Assembly: GCA_965215125.1 (NCBI GenBank)
Contig: OZ244052.1
Span: 256,001-320,000, forward strand
DNA length: 64,000 nt
Reading direction: 5' to 3'
From: an uncultured candidatus Porisulfidus sp.
GTDB lineage: Bacteria > Pseudomonadota > Gammaproteobacteria > Poriferisulfidales > Oxydemutatoraceae
In this document: one piece after another, positions 60,001 to 64,000 of the stretch
Layout: each line of letters starts with the position of its first letter
Numbering within the stretch: the first letter of the stretch is position 1
The notes under the pieces: model-generated
What the model was told of the DNA's origin: nothing
The model's database searches: none
The model's input: only the letters and a program-made list of their open reading frames with translations
Translations under genes and position numbers: made by a program

Positions 60001-63000
60001 TCGGAAGATCCGCTACAGTCAAGCTATATACTATACCGGCTACTTCGATCGTGATTACGGTTTCATCCTCTGGCTTCAACAAAATAGAAGGAATTGTTTC
60101 ACCGCTGTTGCCGACGGCATGGACACTATCGCTCACCTTGACGGTAATCTTGGTATCGCCGACAAATGCGGTCGGAATAAGATTAATATGTGATTCTCCT
60201 TGGTTGAGAACCAAACGATAATTGAAATGCGAAAACTCAAAGGGCGGAGACATGTGCGAAGGTTCCGATACTTCCAAACTTCTCAGCCCGTAAGGTAGTA
60301 ACAAGGAACCGCAATTCGGCAATTCACGAGCGATGCTACAAGCGGCGCGCATATTGAGAGCCGAAGATGTATATTTTAGCGTTGGATATTGGTTTGTATC
60401 ACCGAAATGCCAGTCCTCATTACGCCACCGATAATAAGGTAAAAACGAAACCTCCGATGCGGCGATAGGTGCTTTGAGCACGGATGTGCCGAAACCCTCG
60501 CCTCCCGCACTATGCCGCACACTGCTAAGATGGGTATCCCAGTAACTGTGTGTAATCAAACCACTATCTCCGACACCCGATAAGCCACCGACACGGACGC
60601 GCCCGACCATAGAGACAGCAGCATAGCTATTACCGACGGCACCGCTATTAATGCCTACCAGACCACCGACGGTTCTCGATCCCGATACACTGCCCAAGGC
60701 ATAGGTATTATTGATCGTGCCGGAGTTAGCCCCCACCAAACCACCAATGTTATGACCGCCCGATACTTCACCGTCGGTATAGCTATTGATAATCCTCGCA
60801 TCGCTTTCGTTGAGACCGACTAAGCCACCGACAGAAACGGTTCCACTTACCGTATTAATCGCATAACTATTGATGATTGTCCTCCCGGTGTTGTTAACGC
60901 CGACCAAACCACCGACGACATCACCTCCTTCCACATTGTTGAAAGCGAAGCTGTTGACGACTTGATTGTCGTTGTAACCAACCAAACCGCCGATTTGAGT
61001 ACTATCGCCATCTCGTGCGTATCCTACAATACGCCCCCTTGCATAGCTACTATGGACTACACCCTGATTTATGCCGACCAAACCGCCGGCGCGAACATTG
61101 CCTCGCAATAGCACCGCGGCAAAACTCGCATTTATTTCCGCACCTATCACATTGCGTCCGGTCATACCGCCCACCTCTTGATATCCGACTACACTGCCGT
61201 CGGTTTGACTTGATTCAATGTTTCCCCCATTGACGGCAACCAAGCCACCGACCCGGTGCCTTCCTCTAATATCAATATCGGATAAAACAACATTATTTAT
61301 TAGGGCTTCGTCGGATAGCCGGGCGAACAAAGCAACATCGTCGGTTTGCGGTCTATTAATCGTCAAATTAGAAATCGTATAACCGTCACCGTTGAATCTA
61401 CCGATGAAGGGATTTTTTTCACCGCCTATGGGTAACCATCCCCGACCCTCAATCCAAGTAGTTCTATAATGAATTGCATTGCGATAGCTTAAAGGATCCT
61501 CAAAATCCAGATCCCTCACCAACTCATAACCTACGCACCCACCTGTCGCACAGCCTGAAGTAACCCTACTTTCATTGAAATCTGTCCTATAGCCGCTGCC
61601 GTCCGGTTGATAACGGATCGCGTACAGATCTTCTAAATAGTTAAGCTCTATCAAACCATCGCCGTCTTTGTCCACCCGATCGCCTGCGTTTAGAAAACCG
61701 TGATTCGCCGCTACTATAGTGTATCGAACCGTCTCGTCGTTTTCGGTTCGTACAACGATTGTAATCGTAGTTGTACCGATCGCATTCAAAGGAATTGCCG
61801 AACTCGTAGTTGCGTTTGCTAAGTTCTCCGAGAAAGAATTATCGTCGCTTATTTCAATTAACGAATTATTACCTAGCTCGATACTTTTACCGTAAGTAAT
61901 CGGAACGAAGCGAATGTGATCGTTATCGGCATAGACTGTCACCCGATAATCGGATGTCCGGTTATGAAATTCCGGCAACAAATTGAGCCCTTCACCGACA
62001 ACGTACAAATCGGCTAAGCCGATACGCTGACCGAGGACTAAGGTGCCACATACAATCCCCGACAACATACCACACGCCGCCTCATTCGCCAATAAATTCG
62101 TTATTGCAATACCCTTTACATGCTTGAGATGCGGATAGAATCCTGTTTCAAAATGCCAAGCCGTGTTGCTCCAACCGGCATAAACATCTTTATGCGGCAA
62201 CATTTTCAGACTGGCGGTATCAAGCCCCGAGTTACCTAAAGTGCTTGTCCTTATTCCGCTGGTCTGTATATTCCAATAGTTTCGGGAATATACAATCCCG
62301 CTATTAGCCCCGGCAAAACCGCCGACATTCGTACCGTCTCCGTTCACTTTGCCGATTGCATAATTATTGGTAATTATACCTCTTTGACTATTACTACCTA
62401 CAAATCCACCTACATTATCTATACCTTCGACATCACCGTGCGCATAGTTGTTTCGAATAACACCTCCTACATTGGTGCCCACAAATCCACCTATATCGTT
62501 ATTTTCTGCTACCACATCACCCGTTGCATAACAGCCGGTGATGTTACCCTCGTTGGATCCGATTAGCCCACCGATGTAATATGCACCTTTCACGGAGATG
62601 TCTGCGTGGCTTGTAACGATTGCCGCATCGCTCTCACCGACTAAACCGCCCACGCGATACTGTCCGGTAACTTCGCCCCGTGCACGAATGTTGACAATCA
62701 CACCGTGACTCATACCGACTAAAGCACCTACCTTGTTATTGCCGGTAACCGTTATATCGGATAAACCGATATTACCGATTCTGCCATCCTCACCGAGCAC
62801 ACCGATTAAACCGACGGCATCGGTATCGGGTCGATTGATTTTTAAATTTGAGATTTTTTTGTTATTTCCGTCAAACACGGCAGTGAACGAATCCCGTTCG
62901 TCGCCTATAGGTAACCAGCCTTCGTCCGAGGCCCGGATTTTTTTATTCATCGTATCGGTGCGATAACTCTTATTGTCTGCAAAATCTAAACTTTTGGCTA

Positions 63001-64000
63001 ATTCATAGCCTTTACACACATTCTCCGGACATCCTGCAGTAATCTTACTCGCCGTGGAACTTACCCTATAACCACTACCGTCGAGCTGATAGCGAATTGC
63101 ATTCAAGTCTTCTAAGCGATGAATTTCTATCAAGCCGTCGCCGTCTCGATCAACCCGATTTTCTTTCACCGTAAAAGGGAGTGCATTCACCGTTATCGTA
63201 TAGACGGCTGCGCTATGGTCTTGTTTCTCCATTGTTAATGTAATGACGGTCGGACGTGATCCGTGCAACGGAATCCGGGAACTTTCATTTGCACCGGTCA
63301 CTATTTCATCAAATCCGGTATCGCTAACGATGCGAATAGTCGCATTCGCATCGTATGCCGTGGCGACGAGTTGAATCGCACGCGTGTCGGCGAACACCGT
63401 CATACTATAGTCGTGTATGAAAGGTTCAAAAGTCGGGAACAAATGGAACCCTCTCGCTGCCGGCACTAAATCGGCTAAATCGGTATACTGGTAGGATAGT
63501 GCAACACCACACCTTGCATCCCGTTCATGCGAATTACAAGCCGGTTTATTATTGAATGTTGCCGCAACCCCGACACCGCTCGTATATTTAAGGCTAGGGT
63601 ATTGCGTGTCGGTACCGAAATCCCAGATATCGGTTCTCCATCCGACATAAACCCTCTCGGTTGGGGTGGTAGGCGATTGTAGCGAGCGAGTGTCGAGGCC
63701 TGTGCTACCGGCAATGCTGATTTTGATGCCACTGGTTTCCAAATCCCAATAATTCGCCTTAAAGGTTCCGCCCTCATTGATGCCACCGAAACCACCGATA
63801 TTTTGACCGCCACTCGATACGCTGCCGATGGCATAGCTATGTAAGACCCCACCTTTACCCAAACTGTGGCTACCGATAAAACCACCGACACTATCGGCAC
63901 CCGAGACATTTACGACGGCATAGCCATTATTTATAACGCCTCCGAAATTGAGGCCTACGAAACCACCGACACGCTCACCTTCGGCTTGCACTTTGCCGTT
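54035..64000 (-). CDS. Giant (>3320 aa) GLUG-repeat / cadherin-like / PKD-like surface protein; start lies beyond the right edge
   Basis: The frame is open to position 64000; many VGGLVG.N...NSYA.G.V repeats; five DxDxDGLIE..LEDL.AIRY modules; Y.W.Q.SG PKD-like and YQWQ...Y.DGQGY Ig-like domains. Confidence 0.92.
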   Translation of the reverse strand, partial: NGKVQAEGERVGGFVGLNFGGVINNGYAVVNVSGADSVGGFIGSHSLGKGGVLHSYAIGSVSSGGQNIGGFGGINEGGTFKANYWDLETSGIKISIAGSTGLDTRSLQSPTTPTERVYVGWRTDIWDFGTDTQYPSLKYTSGVGVAATFNNKPACNSHERDARCGVALSYQYTDLADLVPAARGFHLFPTFEPFIHDYSMTVFADTRAIQLVATAYDANATIRIVSDTGFDEIVTGANESSRIPLHGSRPTVITLTMEKQDHSAAVYTITVNALPFTVKENRVDRDGDGLIEIHRLEDLNAIRYQLDGSGYRVSSTASKITAGCPENVCKGYELAKSLDFADNKSYRTDTMNKKIRASDEGWLPIGDERDSFTAVFDGNNKKISNLKINRPDTDAVGLIGVLGEDGRIGNIGLSDITVTGNNKVGALVGMSHGVIVNIRARGEVTGQYRVGGLVGESDAAIVTSHADISVKGAYYIGGLIGSNEGNITGCYATGDVVAENNDIGGFVGTNVGGVIRNNYAHGDVEGIDNVGGFVGSNSQRGIITNNYAIGKVNGDGTNVGGFAGANSGIVYSRNYWNIQTSGIRTSTLGNSGLDTASLKMLPHKDVYAGWSNTAWHFETGFYPHLKHVKGIAITNLLANEAACGMLSGIVCGTLVLGQRIGLADLYVVGEGLNLLPEFHNRTSDYRVTVYADNDHIRFVPITYGKSIELGNNSLIEISDDNSFSENLANATTSSAIPLNAIGTTTITIVVRTENDETVRYTIVAANHGFLNAGDRVDKDGDGLIELNYLEDLYAIRYQPDGSGYRTDFNESRVTSGCATGGCVGYELVRDLDFEDPLSYRNAIHYRTTWIEGRGWLPIGGEKNPFIGRFNGDGYTISNLTINRPQTDDVALFARLSDEALINNVVLSDIDIRGRHRVGGLVAVNGGNIESSQTDGSVVGYQEVGGMTGRNVIGAEINASFAAVLLRGNVRAGGLVGINQGVVHSSYARGRIVGYARDGDSTQIGGLVGYNDNQVVNSFAFNNVEGGDVVGGLVGVNNTGRTIINSYAINTVSGTVSVGGLVGLNESDARIINSYTDGEVSGGHNIGGLVGANSGTINNTYALGSVSGSRTVGGLVGINSGAVGNSYAAVSMVGRVRVGGLSGVGDSGLITHSYWDTHLSSVRHSAGGEGFGTSVLKAPIAASEVSFLPYYRWRNEDWHFGDTNQYPTLKYTSSALNMRAACSIARELPNCGSLLLPYGLRSLEVSEPSHMSPPFEFSHFNYRLVLNQGESHINLIPTAFVGDTKITVKVSDSVHAVGNSGETIPSILLKPEDETVITIEVAGIVYSLTVADLPMSDVVRDIDDDDDGLIEINYLEDLYAVRYQPSGAAYQTRDEARPVTTGCAVDGCRGYELVRDLDFALDESYRDPNSNKTLFTSRQGWQPIGSLGSEPLNCLFKGNGYSISNLIITRSNTNSVGLFGVIAENAEIDGIGLLNFDIKGASLVGGLVGSNDGGKIVNSYSIGRLSAIDRAGGLVGKNTGTILNSYTGGQISGIEYLGGLIGENQAKIANSYAMNRITGRSHGGGLVGLNKGVIENSYAIGGVRLDGGSPASGLIGSVSSGTIVHSYWDIKTSGITVGTHGIGLGSEALKTPVTAGIVAGDVYYDWPRRDWDFGSTKQYPALKYANGDDTLLPHQRDGLYRLIVSDEVLIFPAFNTHVFDYQLTVPPETDLIRLQAIAIHDNAKITVNTGDLIGKQLGFIIVDIPLAHSGATNIAVTVETESRRSVLYKFVVNRSPAMQISGIPRRAIEEGERIMLDGSHHLDNGSFEYLWTQTSGPSMLSSVVTNRAVLDFTVPVDLLAKTVLYSETILTLEVKAGDSVMKKDLPLIINKRNNGSVTKRFSAPVLRDTELTASVELSSDPDSGGDPKTVAYQWQSLAPIAAAHWRNIRGATARYYAIPASVLDATRYRVLISYVDGQGYIHENMDSEAFTATDIDKDGDGLIEIHDVQDLYAMYYALDGSSYRRNIGATTSTVGCPETGCRGYELSKDLDLRGELWKPVGSESKPFTAIFKGNHYKIFNLNINSRRSDVIGLFGATSGTAEIDGIGLVYASIIGRGNIGSLVGINKGIVSDSYAVESQVEGSRYGVGGLIGTNDGGGNFSALVINSYANVAVYARSVDDSFVIAGGLVGQNINTATITHSYAKGDVNSPCGAGGLVGYSRGTHGKIENSYATGDVLLRTVPTARCREHNLGYIGGLVGINDASVIENSYAIGRVWSNGSDGLGGLVGRSRRYIDTKNSYWNVTTSGVKTSAGGTSKTTVQLQSPTEAGDTAFEVYYDWSSDDWDFGTKVQYPYLKYAPVKGECSILQLLRCDILLSNQDKSTGLVQLILLGGARLVPTFDPKILVYKVVLNDADSIEFIPIAENPNIGSRIGKNGIFIKAVTTGERVSIPLKETATNLITIDLVEPDQRMGRYELHVNHAPEVMISGIPDAGEASEGMRIGLDASGSSDNNEADLLRYEWEQLSGPPLSLNFEQKMNPNLDFIVPEDLVAQSTTNDEVILRVTVSDGVDATEMDIPIRIKKRNNGGVAIDAPEFIGAFTMSAPKIELSGDPDGVGDEGDISYQWQRRIGTSWQDILDASYKTYSFASNTTGSTTHRVKVTYIDGQGYSNTTFSKTINYIKNVDRDGDGLIEIGALEELNAIRYVLDGSGYKESFADQIISQGCPISGCKGYELIRSLDFKHDASYRNPSVNKKVWSEGRGWQPIGDASNSFVANFDGNGYTISNLTIKSGDYDVGFFGVKGNTAKINNIGLLHTDIRGESNIGGLVGSNIGGMISNSYVIGSIAGDHIVGGLVGFNRSGKIRNSYARVDVEGDMLIGGLVAYDLEGIINNNYINGNIVGNSVVGGLIGLGTNITLSNSYMVGQVVAGDDVGGLVGLGLKLNPEAIMNSYWNVEANRASNSPYGIALSTAQMQRPTAPGTTLTEVYYGWNNIDWDFGDESQYPVLKDASGELLPFQRIGLIDLTLSDPARMFPRFNPEIFHYDVTIADDTPYLRVLPIALNADVRINDFTVSSGELSPPITLHAMTTTVIVIHTLTQRALPVQYTLSVNNRFPQVAIDVIPRERLDEGEDIILDVSTGDPDDNPLRYRWSQHSGVDILSAVDRLSGIITDQGTADLSFKIPENLLDAAQDDDRIIFDLTVADDTASVKKSISLYISKKNNGAIVSLPAPILQDESYAVPEIDSLLSQDLDGVTYPDTIQYQWQKYERTRWVDINGETGTSYTPHVAEIDHPYRVFASYTDDQGYRESVASDETIYSTFRATMLKIYLHIRVLLEGLLPVGTE

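Overview
Chromosomal window of a free-living or host-associated gammaproteobacterium. Core genes: xerD-dsbC, an AddA-like helicase-nuclease, rpe-trpE-trpG-trpD-trpC, znuA/zur-znuC-znuB, queG, pgi, bioD, purC, a persulfide dioxygenase, bolA, cytochrome c4, a GT9 glycosyltransferase and a mobA-mobB fusion. Both window edges cut large, paralogous GLUG-repeat surface proteins. About 13.8-44.8 kb is accessory: two Rpn nucleases facing inward between long inverted repeats, an IrrE/ImmA peptidase, a four-gene type III R-M operon, a DUF5131 protein, two Fic proteins, an AAA+ ATPase (paralog at 7.9 kb), an IS1595 element, a lambda-like cI/cI/cro switch with no phage around it, and a HEAT-repeat methyltransferase. 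The strongest signals are: (1) a nested stack of insertions (methyltransferase 3' end <- TIR MITE <- IS110 in a REP <- IS481), in which the IS110 non-coding end carries bridge-RNA-like guides matching its own insertion site; (2) two tandem cI-like repressors that both lack the catalytic Lys and the cleavage site but retain operators and a divergent cro; (3) a family of intergenic hairpin elements with compensatory stem changes that sit inside REPs and bracket many of the accessory genes. All calls are by-eye reading of the sequence; no searches were run.
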